DNA of 57,424 nt, filler included, from Platydemus manokwari (taxonomy: Eukaryota), in assembly GCA_037951405.1 (NCBI GenBank). It is 6 parts of 6 records of this genome, joined end to end, with 100 filler letters (N's around TTAATTAATTAA, not from the genome) between each part and the next. Parts side by side here need not be neighbours in the genome. Positions count along the whole stretch, not along the records: positions 1 to 8,762 come from JBBMOY011354426.1; positions 8,863 to 18,786 come from JBBMOY011175766.1; 4 more parts are not named here. The stretch is one strand, 5' to 3'. The translations under genes and the position numbers were made by a program. Each line of letters begins with the position of its first letter. Within the stretch, counting starts at the first letter, position 1. A model generated the notes under the pieces. That model saw nothing but the letters and a program-made list of their open reading frames with translations. It searched no databases and was not told the DNA's origin. Positions 1-13,260 of this stretch are shown here, one piece after another.

Positions 1-198
<198 letters not shown>

Positions 199-269
199 TT
201 TAAAATATTATGGCGTAATAAAATTGTTTAGAATGAATTGATTGATATGACTCTACAAAATAACGAGCA

Positions 270-351
270 TTTATAGTAATTTTGTTAATCATGACACACT
301 TTCTCATTACTTAGCAACAATCATGGTAATTCGAGCGATTATCATAGCAAC
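270..351 (-). promoter_or_regulatory. Alpha-tubulin promoter: TATA box plus RFX X-box motifs
   Basis: TATAAA on the minus strand at 270-275. ATTATCATAGCAAC (338-351) fits the 14-bp X-box consensus RYYNYYATRRNRAC. A 13-bp variant ATTACTTAGCAAC lies at 306-318. Confidence 0.6.
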
Positions 352-1651
352 GCAACAACTAAGTGACTAACAATATCGATCCACTAACAGCATTATATTT
401 TTGAACTTAGAAACTGATAACTTAAATTTGAAGCCAGAATATTTTTTCAGGACCAAATTTTCGTTTAAAAATATTGGATATCCTAAATATTGAATATTTT
501 TTTATGAAATGATATTTAAAGTTTATTTGTGTAACGAATTTGTTTTATTTGTCTATTCATCCTATTTTGTTTACAATTTATATTTCTGAGAAAACTCGTG
601 ACGTCATATAACAAACAAAATACACACTACAATTAGTCTAAGATCAACGCGAAAATTTTCTTTTAAAAATTCTTAATACATATTTAAATCGGTATTTTCG
701 GTTAGATTTTGGAAAAAATTATTCTGAAGTTCCAATGAACTTGCACATTAAATTTTAAGCCAGTGATAAATTTGTTGCCAATTGAGTGACAATTACAAAC
801 TAGTTTTGTTTCTGTCCAAATTCAATGATGCGAATCAATTATTTGACCTTATTTAGCACAGAGCAAAAAACAAATCTTATTTTCAATCAATAAATAATTT
901 TTGTATTTTGATATTGAATTTGAAGTTTCTATCATTTTTTTTGCTTTTCATTTTAAATATCGGACATTTTGAAAGAAATTATTTTTAAACACGATTTGAT
1001 TGGTTATTTTTTTGCTCAGATAAGTGACAACGGAAAAGAAATTTTATGACTCACCGTCAAAGACAAGAAAAATCGAGAAGAAAATTATTGATTCATTTAT
1101 CGATCATTTTTTCTACATATCAAGATACTCTATTTATTAGTTTGTCTAGGAATATTGAAGTATAATTTATTGACGAATTAAGATTGTTTTTATGTGTATT
1201 TTATTTTGACTGATGTGTTTAAATTCTTAGTATTGATTAATTAAGAACCAGTATGTTTATAGTTATTATTTCCATTCTTTTATTAATTGTTTCCCGTTAT
1301 ATTAAAATTAAGAAATATGGCTTTTAATGCTGCTACTTGTTATCGAATCTTTTACTGATTTGGTAGTAGTTAGTTTCTAAAACTTAAATTAATATTTTGG
1401 CTATGACGTTAATGAATTAGTAAGCTAGAATAAGTTACGTTCTTTGATGTGGTAGAAACATTCCATAAGATAAAAATGGTAATATGTTCCCAAAAACTTC
1501 TTATACTAGATGAAATAATAAATTATTAATTAACTCTCAATTTTTAACATTCGAATATTTTATATTAAATAATGCTGTCTTTCTAAAATATCTGAAAAAT
1601 GTACCTACCAACGATATTAATTTCTGAGATCGATTTTTCAATAATTCAATT

Positions 1652-1737
1652 TACATCACCAAATGTATGAAATATTATCTTGAAGCAAGTATATTTCTAA
1701 AAATTACCTTTAAAAACAGACCGTATTTGGTGATGTA
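1652..1737. mobile_element. Tiny MITE-like element with TA-flanked inverted repeats
   Basis: TACATCACCAAAT (1652-1664) is the perfect reverse complement of ATTTGGTGATGTA (1725-1737). Confidence 0.4.
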
Positions 1738-3335
1738 TTTCTACAATTCAATTTTATTTGGAGTATTTAAGTCGTTCGTACCGAATATTAGTTGGAGGAT
1801 TTTATTGGAAAATTTCTGAAAGGAACTATATCAATGGAATGAATAAAAATCGAATTTTCGGAACTCATACAAATATAGTTGATTATAAATTCAAAAAATG
1901 GAAATTGTTTTCATATTTTCGATGAGTTGCGCATTAAAAATAACGACATCTGTAAATAGATCAAAATTAAAACCAAAATTTCTAAGGATAATTAAACCTA
2001 TGAATATGTCAAAAATATTAAAAAGATCTAAAAGTATTAACCATCATTAATAAAACCTAAAAGTGGTACTTTTAGCATACTAAAATAGAAAAATAAAAGG
2101 TAAAAAACAAAGTAAATTTAATCAATACAGATAAAAGAACAAGATAATGAAACTGGCCCGAAATTTTTAAAGAAAATGAATTTTTGCCACTTAGAAAAAA
2201 TTCCTCTGAAATTAATTTCTTTATTTCACGATTTCACTTTTGATGGATTCAATATTAATCGTCATAATGATGTCTAATGAAGTTTAATAATTTATTAGAC
2301 TTAGATCCAGTCCAACCAAATCTTTATTAATTAAAAAAAACGTTCTAAAATCGATGTAAAAAAGTGGTTGGTGGTATTTATAGGCCCAATCATCAGTAAA
2401 GCCTAAAAAGCAAACATACCTCTTATGGCGAAATCACAGGTGACATCGGTAACCTGATATACAATTGAATTCATAATAATTAATTTAATTAAATCCCCTG
2501 GTTATTGCTTTTAAATCAATTATTATGCTATTATTTACCTATTGAACATTATTTCTATGTTATGTTTTTTATTATCGAACTTGTGATTATATTTTAATAT
2601 TGTATATTTGCTTTATTTATTTATTCATTTCTAAAGTTTGATAATTTCTACAAAAGAACTGCACCCATTGGAGTCTGAACTTTAATTAGCATTTGATAGT
2701 CGAAATATATTTACACACAAACTTTAAATTGTGAACACTCATTAATTTAGACTTATTTGTTGAGAATTTTGATATTAGTAAATCTATAAAAATAATCAAC
2801 CCGTCGAGAACTCACACACATATATATACACGTGTGCATGTGTGTGTTCATGTGTGTTTGTGCTATATTTTGTAACATCAAAGTTTCCTAAATGAAATGA
2901 TGTCAAGTTATTGGAATTTTTTAACCTTATTATAAGTTCAAATGTATTCTTTTTCTTTGTACGAGACCATTTTTTGTTCTGAATTTGTACTATTTTTGAG
3001 AGTCAATTTGATGAGAATTTCATAATCACAACGTATTTCTAATTTTATTTACAATCTAATAAGAATTATCTATTCATTTACTAAATTATTTACAAGGCTC
3101 AATATCAGGTTTTTTTTATTGCGAGAGAAATAATCATATCAGTATTTATCGTAGCAGAGTTTATAGAGTAAGATGATAGTAATTTCAATAATGAAACTCA
3201 TAATTTAAAGGCATCATTTACAAAGTTATGGGAAGTCCATTTAGTTATTTAATAAGACTCGATGATATATATATATATATAATGATTGTGAATACAGGCA
3301 TCTATTAATGAGTCATAAATTACGAAATTGTTTAG

Positions 3336-3568
3336 CCCTTTCAATACGACTTTTGACCAGTGAAAATATTTTTGTATAACTGAACTATATGTGCTGCAAA
3401 TAAATAAAGGAACATATTTACATAAATTCAGATTTTTAGAAAATATGGTTTTTTGAAAAAATGCCTTGGGACACATATGCCCCTGCAGTAGTTCAATGCG
3501 AATATTTTTCGCATCAGTAATTTTTGAACATTCTCCGAGACTTATATATCCCCACAGTATTGAAAGGG
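3336..3568. mobile_element. piggyBac-like MITE
   Basis: TIRs CCCTTTCAATAC...GTATTGAAAGGG. The right flank is TTAA (3569-3572) and the left flank is the degenerate TTAG. Confidence 0.7.
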
Positions 3569-6500
3569 TTAAGTAAGCCGATGTAATTTTCAGATATTGT
3601 TTTATAAAAGTAATAAAAATTTAATTCACTTCACTTCCTCATACTTATCTCGAAAGAATTAAAAATGAAAAGGAGTAACAATCTTGACAAATAAACAGAT
3701 CCAACAGTTGCTCGAGATGTTCTATGACTGACGATGTTCAACATTTATGAAATCTGGCACTGGATGTGCGATTTATTGTTTGAGCTCCATTATGTTCCAG
3801 ATTTTATCGATATTAGCTGTTTTATCGATAAACAACTGTGTCATTTTATCCCTCTGAACTTATTTTCCATTGCTATCAGTTGGTTTTAAATATAAATCTC
3901 AAAAGTTAGTTTGCCTTTGTAAAATAACTTGTCAACGTTTTTCCTTACAAGCTTATTCATTATATGATCAGCTTCTTTTTGTATTTCTTATAATTCAACT
4001 TAACACAATAGATTTATCGAAAAAATCAATCGACAATGACAAACTTTTAAATCAATTTCATTTCGAAACACTCGGCATTACCAAATGATTTGATAATAAA
4101 ACTCCTCAAATGAAAAATCTTTAGAAGTATTGATTTTATACGATATTCTAACTTAAACCTTGATATTTTAAATAATCAATCATTTTGTATCGATTTCTGA
4201 TAACTTGTTAATAGATTGTTAATTTTGAAATTTTATGACGGTAAAAAGTAGAAAATATTCAAACAATCCATTTCGATTCCTTCACATATCTATCAGAACT
4301 GTTAAAATTCATGATATTTGGCTAGTATAATTTCTTTCACTTCAATTTTTGTTTTATCCGATTATGTTTCCAGTGCAGTTGACCAATTGTTTTCTTACTA
4401 TCCCGAATGGCTCAATATTGTTCAAGTGTCTTTGAACTGCCACAGCACTACATTTTTATATAGAACTTCAGTCAATGATTTCAATCGATTATTTCTATTG
4501 GTTGGTCATCTTTGTGTTTTTAAATCAAATTTATTTTCATTCAGAGTATACAAATATATTTTATTATTATTAATTATATATATAATTTCTCAAGCCATTT
4601 ATTATAATATACTGGCATTTTGTTATAAATTCATATCAAGGGACATTTAATTACACAATCACATTATTTCATTTCATCTCATTTTTAGCCACTAACTAAT
4701 TCACCAAAACACATTTATTTTCATTAAAAACCCTGCACTGCACACCGATAAACATAAAAATATACGAATTCCAAGACATTAATTCGTTGAAAGTAAGGGA
4801 AGCATGATAGAAACGAATATTAAAAGTTTCACAGAGTTCTTCACAATTGGCCTGTGCTGATCCAACTTCTACTGCTAGTCCAGTAGCTATTTGTCATGAA
4901 CGGATGGCTTTTACAATGTCTGTGCAACTTGGTCCATCAAGGATACTCTAATATGTTCTTGTTAATGTGCTGTATTAGGCTTTCAATTGAATTTTATCTA
5001 AAAAAGACATCAATGTAACCCAGATGGAATTAAAGAAGACAAACTGAAATTCTTAGCCAGAAAACTTATAAAAATATTTATTATTTTGTGTAAACAATAT
5101 TAAGAGTATATTTCACATAACGAGTGACCATGACGATAATTTGAAGGCATTTAATCAGAACTAAGAGATTGAGAACATTTCTATGAAATCGATATAACTG
5201 TAAGCTGATACAGATGAATCAATACGGATCACTATCAAGTTGCGACAGAAATAATAAATCAAAATTTATAATAATCAATAAATTATAAATTTATGGATTT
5301 AATAAAGTTCATAATTGATTGGAAAATTGACTTTTTTATCTGTATAATTAATTAGAATTTTTAATTTGTTTTCTTACAAGTTATTAAGACATCACTTGAG
5401 ATTAATTTAATGTCTTTTCGAATATTTTCATCCTGGTATTCATATTGTTCGCTTATGAGTGTCGAGCGTGTAAAAAACTAAGCTTTTAAAAAATAATTAA
5501 AAAATTCTAAATAAATATAATTGGAATATTCTGAGAGAAAATCATTAATGATTTGCTTAAACTTAATTGAATCTTCTAGAGCGATTTGCTTAAATTAATC
5601 AATATAATAGTGTGTGTGTGTCGAATATTATAAAAAAGCCCATTTTTAACGACAATAGCCAGTCTTGCTTGGTCGGTAACTTGTGTATTATTCTTAACTT
5701 GCGTGATTTTTAGCAACCAGTCTTCATGTTTGTTTCCTATTCTGTCTTTGACATTTTGGTGTTGATCCCATATTGTGTGATAGACTATCATTGATTTGAA
5801 AGAGGTTTAGCTGTAGTTATTGTGGTTGAGATTGTAACATTTTGGTCAATGTAAATTTTGGATTGAAATTGTTGATTATAAACGCCATCACGAGCATGAA
5901 TTTTTTTATAAGGATATGACTACAAGAGAAACATGTTAAAACTTCTCGAAATCGTATCCAAACCATTCGAAATTATGATGAGAATCGAGATAGAAAAGAC
6001 TACTTTATTCTTTAATATTGGCTATAAATTTTGAGATATTCGATAAAAAATGGACTAATTAAAGATCTATATTAACACAACATATCCACTGCACATACAC
6101 TCTCGTATCGATGCAATCATTTTTGTTTTGCTAGAAGTCGTAAAACAAATTAATAGACCTTAACTATGACTCTAGCTAATGTCAGTAGACGACTTCAATA
6201 CACCGATATGAAAAACATTGTCCTGGTTTCAATTCTGCAGTCCTAGCTGTGATCCAATCATTTATTAATTTGAGTTTATTTTAAAAAGTCGTAATTTTAT
6301 TGATAAATCACGAATAGTAATAAATCTGTAGGTTATCAAAACTAAATCAATCAAAACATTATCATTGCATTAAAATGTCTATCAGGATTAGCATTGAAAG
6401 AAATTTTTTTCTAATGGATAGTTTTATAGTAATCCAATAGAAAATAAGATCACAAGTAAACTTCTTCGAAGCATTGAATACTGATCTGGAAATTGAAATC

Positions 6501-8204
6501 TCCAAAGATTAGAAATAACGATGAAACAAATTGTGAGGATTTTAAAATTTTTGTAAGCTAATAAGAATTTAAAATTAATTTTTCTCAGCTTAAATAATAA
6601 ATAAATAAAGGAATTTAAATAATTTGTTTGAATATTCTGGATTAATGTATTTTGTGGGTTGACTTTCTTGGGTTTGTTTTTGATTAAATAGTCTTTTTTC
6701 GCATGGGTTATGAGAAAATTAATTATAGAAAAGTATAGGAAAACCAAAAAAATATGAAAATATAAAGAAGATAGAGTATATATGGAACACGGGGAATATA
6801 TTTTGTTGGGTGCAAGACCCCAACCCAGATAGTAATAATAATCAACACAAATTTTGTTTAAGGAAAATTTAAAAATAGAATCAGATCATAATAACTCATA
6901 AAAATAAATTAAATAAAATAAAAAAGTAGAAATATAATTAAATAAAGAAAAGATAAAAAAGTATAAATAAGAAGCCTATTATTAGAATGGACAAGTTATT
7001 ATAATACGCTTATTACTACGACATTTTCAGAAAAGAACGTCATTACCGTCTAACTAACCAGTTTTGTTGCTTATTCTTTCATCTGTCGATGAGAACTTTG
7101 AATAATTCGCTCACTGCTCGATTTGAATCGGCAGCCATTCATAGAACTCTTTTATCACTTAGCTACGGTCCATGGTAGATGTTATTATTGGAATGAGCTT
7201 TCACATCGATACTCCATCACATTTTGAAGAGATCATATTAAATGAACTATCAAATAAGAAATCACTATGACAACATGGCGGTAAGTTGTAAGTAGAAAGA
7301 ATTCACAAGGAATATCAATTGCTATAAAATATTTCTATGAGAAATAATATTGCAGCCAGTTAAAAAAATAGTTAATTAAATAAAAATTCCATCGCCAAAT
7401 AGCACAACATGAAAAATTGTCGAAGTTCAATAAATTCTTTCAATACAAAAATCATTCTCACAATTATAAAAATGAACTTTTTTTCAAATATTTGGCATTT
7501 ATTTACAAATCTTATAATTCCATTTTATACCACTAATTCCAGATATGAGAAAGAATTGATAAATGGAATTATTTAAATTTATTTTTCTGGAAACGAGTAA
7601 TTTATGGATTTATTTAGTGGAAAAATTTTAATTTCATAAAACCCGTGTTGGTGTCGAACGAATGATTCTATTTTATGAGTTTTGCTTTCTGTATATCTAT
7701 ACAATCGATCAATAATGCTTGTCCTTGTTATTTCCAACGGAATATTTTTTTATGGAATAAAAAATATATCCACAAAAATAATAGGGGAAAAAAAACGACT
7801 TTTCGTTTTAAAAAACAAATCCTCTTTTGACGTGATTCAAATTCAACAAATCTAATTTTATTTTTTTCAATTTTACATAATTTATGATGGCGTTGGGACT
7901 CGATAAGAAAGTGGTTATTAACATATCATCACCAAAGTGACATCGTCAAGTAATATTTTCAACTGTCATTTGATAAAAACATCTCCAATGTGATGCATAA
8001 TTAATTTATTTCCCCTCAACTAATCAAAACTCAATAATTGGGAGCTATTTGCATACTCTAATGTTACACTTATGTAAATTTATAGAATCCATTTCTAGCC
8101 AGACAATTATTCCCAAAGAGGAAGTTATTTTAATAAAATTGATTTAGGGATTAATAATTGCGTTCCTTAATCAAATTGTTCGTGTGGATTTTGTTTGTTA
8201 CTGA

Positions 8205-8395
8205 GACAGAGATTTTGCACTACAGTTACAATAAAGCACCGTCAACATAAAACGTGAATTGGAAACACTTTGAGGGGCAAATTGTCCCAACAGATGAAGC
8301 TATAAATCAAGCTATTTTCAAAGATTAGAACTCATTATAATTGGATTCTTCTCTCTTTTTAATGAGAAGTTGGCGCAAATGTGATCAACTCTTTT
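8205..8395 (+). pseudogene. Decayed mariner transposase C-terminal fragment
   Basis: Broken frames give pieces such as KH(L)RG..PTDEAINQAI and RSWRKC. These resemble the mariner C-terminal LKKHLxGxxFxxDEEV...RWxKC region. Confidence 0.35.
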
Positions 8396-8691
8396 ATCAG
8401 CAGAGAAAATTACAGAAAATAAAGAATGCTTACTTATAATTAATTATCGAGTGATCTCCATTGATATGCGAACTCGAATCTTTGGATTGCTATAACATTT
8501 TTTTCGATAACCAGTTGATTGATGATCCGTTTATAAATTCTACGAACAGTTCTTGAAGAATGACAAAATTTCTGAAAACAAATAAATTTAATCGATATTG
8601 TAATATGATCTATAAGAGATACACAGAAAAAGAGCTGGTTGTCATGGCTTAGTGGTGAGTTAAAGTTTGATAAAATGGCATTTGCATTCTA

Positions 8692-8762
8692 TTAGGGTGA
8701 ACCAAAAGTTCTTTCCGATTTTTTATTAAAAATTTAAACATAATTTTACAACAAATGGAAAA
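8692..8762 (+). mobile_element. Mariner-type TIR at the contig end
   Basis: TA followed by TTAGGGTGAACCAAAAGTTCTTTCCGATTTT. The reverse complement of the same TIR occurs at about 28406-28436. Confidence 0.7.
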
Positions 8763-8862
8763 NNNNNNNNNNNNNNNNNNNNNNNNNNNNNNNNNNNNNN
8801 NNNNNNTTAATTAATTAANNNNNNNNNNNNNNNNNNNNNNNNNNNNNNNNNNNNNNNNNNNN
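8763..8862. other. Artificial contig linker
   Basis: N44-TTAATTAATTAA-N44, which puts stop codons in all six frames. Confidence 0.98.
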
Positions 8863-8938
8863 TGTTGTTTTAAATAAATTTATGTACAACAAATTTTTAT
8901 TTCCAATTTTGTCCGCGAACTTTATTTACAACCTAATA
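8863..8938. mobile_element. Mariner-type right TIR near the contig start
   Basis: ...GTCCGCGAACTTTATTTACAACCTAA followed by TA, a mariner-like TTAGGTTG terminus. Confidence 0.5.
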
Positions 8939-10518
8939 TCAGTCTTCTATCACTGAGACCAACCAATGTTCAACAGAATTTATGTACAAACTCGATAAAT
9001 TACGCTACAAAAATTCAAATATTAAAGCCACTTTCTATTTACATATTTTTCTAAATTCTATCAAATCGGATCAGTGCTATGTGCCCGGTAAATGTCAATT
9101 TTAAATAAAATACATTATTATTGATAAATATTTATTTGATAAAAGTAAATCAGTGTGATGATAGTCAAATCTGACAAATCCATAAATCATATCTTTGCAG
9201 TATGCAATTATCAGTGACAAAAACATTTGTTTATTATTGACAACAAAATAATAAATAATGGTTTCCGTACCACGTTCTACTCAAGACACAGCAAATACAA
9301 AGTACAATATGTAGAAATGTTTACTACAAACAATCCAATTTGAAAAATATTGTCACAGTTTTAATAAAAAAGTTCCTTTTCCAGAATTACGAGACCGACT
9401 CTTCATTTTGTAAACCCTAAAAATCGATAAATGAAAATCTCAACAAATCAAGCATGAAATGAAAATAGAAATGTGATACGTGCATCCTGTTATTGCTATT
9501 TAGTTAATGCGCAGTTGTGAGTACAAGCTTATTTGATGATTTTATGGTTTTATGCATATTTTATGCATTAACCGCACCAATTCTTGAATTTTTATTTAAT
9601 GCCATTGTGATAAATTCTAATCAAATTACCAAAATGGTCAACATTTCTAGAAATTATTGCCATTTAATGCTTCGAAAAGTGGATGAGGAATAATGATACC
9701 TTCTTGCATTAAGTCAGATTGAAGGATAATAAAATCAGAAAAATTTTAAACATCAAGCTTCATGACATCGCAAATAAAGTAAAGAAAGAATCTGAGGAAT
9801 TCCGGTACAAAATCAAAGATTGATTACTGGACAAACCAAATCATTCAAACCATGATGACCAATGATGAAAGAAGAGGACCGAAAAAAGAGAAAATGTGAA
9901 GCGAATCTGTTATACAGGCAGAAGCTGGTTGCTGATGGAGTGAAGAAGTTCAAAAATTCTTTGAAACTAAATTTTTATATTTTATATTATTTCTTGGAAA
10001 ATTAATTATTTATTTTTCACTGTTCTTCGTTTCATTTATAAAACAACGACAATAATCATACAATATATGCATTATATTGAAAACACAATACCCAAGTTTC
10101 ATTCCATGAATTTTCTCAAAAATTCATTTTCAAGGATTTTGAAGCCATTTCAGTTATAATTTTATAGAATTAAATGAAAAACTAATCGAATTGATTAATG
10201 ATAAACCATTTTTCTGGAAATATTGAAAATCGATACGGCACATTTTATTGTAAATTTTTTTTAATTCGTTGATCAAAATTCAACTAATGCTGAATAATTT
10301 GAAACCAGTAACGTCGTGCTATTGGTTAAAAAAATCTACTTTCAAGTGATTTTCAACCAAAAAGAATTCAAGTAGTGCCATTCATATGTCGAATACACAA
10401 TGCTGTAATGACTGTAGAAACAATTGATGTAAGTTCGAAGATATGCTTAAAATTGAGACTATTCAGTCCCAACCCGTGAACGAACAATCACCCATTAATT
10501 ATTTATGTTGATTTAGAC

Positions 10519-10784
10519 CAGTGGTTTTCAACTTTTTGCTGCATAAGAACCCCACGGAAACATTCCTTTGACTCGAGGAACCCCTGTGCAATAATGTGGC
10601 GAGTTTAATTATGTTAAATTTAGTATATTTAAACAATAACTGATAATAAAATAATAATAATAATAATGAAATAATAATAATAAAATAGATTGTTTATTCT
10701 TTGTTCTAATTTAGAAATTGCAGAAACCCAGGAGTGTACTGGCGGAACCCTAAGGTTCCGCGGAACACTGCTTGAAAACCACTG
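10519..10784. mobile_element. hAT (Charlie-like) MITE
   Basis: TIR CAGTGGTTTTCAA...TTGAAAACCACTG with a perfect 8-bp TSD ATTTAGAC at 10511-10518 and 10785-10792. Confidence 0.92.
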
Positions 10785-12697
10785 ATTTAGACAATGTATA
10801 AATCCAATATTCCATGAAGAATCCACTCAACAGCACCCATAATACGGAACTGATTAAACCAAATCAAACAACAGAATAATCTCCAAAACCGAAAATCATA
10901 AATGTTAATTTAAATATTAGATAAAAACGTTAAATATATCGAAAATGGTTGAATATTTGATAAAAATAACCTGGGTAAAAAGCCATAGCCAAGAAATTGA
11001 CTCAACTTCGTTTATATTATCCGGAGATGATTTATTAAAAAAATTTCAGAGTTGTTGAAAGTAAAAAATTAAAAACGACTTTATAAAGTTTTATTGAAGA
11101 GAATTTAATATTTATATTATACATCTAAAAGTCCTTTATAGAATGAAAATATCATGAATGGGCCAGATAGAGAAAAAACGTTTGATATCGTTAAGAAACT
11201 AAATTCCTTTCTTGTGATAAGCAATTTTTATAGAATTTTTAAAAAGAGGAAATTGAAATCAGACACACATTGGTGTGCGCATTAAAAATTTAGAACAAAT
11301 AGGAAAGCAAACCGATTTAAAACTTGAAGAATATTAAAGTAAAAATTTAAATTATAAATTTAACTTTGAATAGATTCGTATGTTTGTAGAAACGATAATG
11401 AGTTGCGTAATAGTGATAATGTATAACTGAAACCTTACTTTATACGATTGTTTCATTACGGCCAGAGAATAACTCTAAACCGGTAAAGCATATCTGTGAA
11501 AGGTTCTCAGTTCTATTTAAAGTATAATCTACCCTCAAAGAGCCATATTTTTGTATTAAGCTACATTTGTTGGTTTTAATAATTCAAAAATATAATTTAA
11601 AATTTTTCAATATTTTTTCGTTGCAGGGAACCAAGAGTTTAAAAGAGTCATATGATAGAATTAAGAACCCAGTATACGGACCCAACGCATTCCGGAAAGA
11701 TAAAACCGACTTTGAGGGATTTATTGATTAAACTTTTCAGAGATCTTTGTTAGAAGGAAACGGGGAATCTAGAATTATAGTAATTTGCACTGAACGTAGC
11801 GGAAGAATCTTTCGATAAATAGAAAAAATGAATCATTCTTCTAGAATAAGTGGAATGGACGAAATGGAACTATATTCAGAAATTACTCAACATGTGGCAT
11901 ATAATACATCGTGCCAAATATTCAAGTTAGTACATGTCAGAAATCAAATAATATGATCAGATTTTACAGGGCCAATTTTAAGCTATACAATCGAAGCTAT
12001 TCTGTGTCTGGGAATAAATTCACTCCATATTATTTGTGTCACAATAATTCATCACGTACAAAATTAAGCATTATCATTTATTTTCTCGTTGAAACATAAA
12101 AATAAACTTTTTTCTTAAAAATTATTTTTTATCTCGATGTGCCAAACGGTCTGGACATGACTAACTTATCGAGAAAACGTTTAGTCTGTTAAACCTACAA
12201 AATATCTGTAAAATATTGATTTGGGAAGTAAACATATTAGAAAATAATGCCGATCAGGAAATTACAATTTTAATTTATAAATGAAAAATTTTAAAAATCT
12301 CTTTTTTATCAAGTGCATACCAGTGTTGAAATTTGTGTTCTGCCACCATTGATTAGCTCCACTAATTATGAAAATATGAGATTAAATGAGACTGATTAGT
12401 TTTATCGATTATGTTTCATCAAATCTATTATAAACAACCAAAACTTAATAGCCATTATGTATAGAGGCCATTGATTTGGAAAATTATTTGGAGCCGCTTA
12501 TTATGCTGGCGCCAAATACTTGAATGTGATACAATTAATCAAACTGCTGAAGAACCCCATGGGTTGTGCAGGACGGAAAATCAATTTCAAGAAAGTTATT
12601 CTCCACTCAAAAGTGGACCATTTTTAGCTTGAAGATCACGTAAGTCTTTCAATAAAAAATCAATAATCCAATAAATTTCAAATAATTAATAATCAAT

Positions 12698-13203
12698 TCA
12701 GACCATTGAAGCTTCCAATGTATATAATCGATTGGTGGCTTGTGATAACTCTTTTTCCTTTCGATACAACTCCGTCTTCAAACTTTTGATTTCATAATCT
12801 TTCCGTTTTTTCTTTTCCAATTTTGTTTTTTCAATTAATTTATCCTGAACGATTATGTTCAAATACAACCATGAAATGAATCCGTCATGTACTTTCATTA
12901 AAAGGTCTGCAGGAGGACAATGGTATTTGGGAGTGCTTGGAGCTGGAGTGTGGTCATCGGTCGGCTTTTCAGGAACATAACTCTGAAAAACATTCCCGGT
13001 TAAGATAACAAACACAAATTAACAGTACTTTATTTTTCTTGATCGCGGTATTGGTTCTCTTTTCCTGATTGAGAAGATCTTTCGTACGATTGAGCGTTTC
13101 TCTCAGCAGCTCAACTTCTTCGCCCTTGAAACGCATTTGTTGAAATATATTTTCCATTTGAGTCTGAGTTTTTTTAGCTAAATCTTCAGCTTGTCTGTTT
13201 AAA

Positions 13204-13260
<57 letters not shown>

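Noticed and set aside
3249-4650. Short AT-rich ORFs from the track (also 26445, 27251, 33380, 37010-37385, 52960)
   Set aside because: Low-complexity F/I/K/N composition typical of random AT-rich DNA, with no splice or motif support.
5576-6480. Exon-like minus-strand pieces, including a signal-peptide-like MLRRSLLVILFSIGLL
   Set aside because: Early stops, no consistent splice model and no recognisable family.
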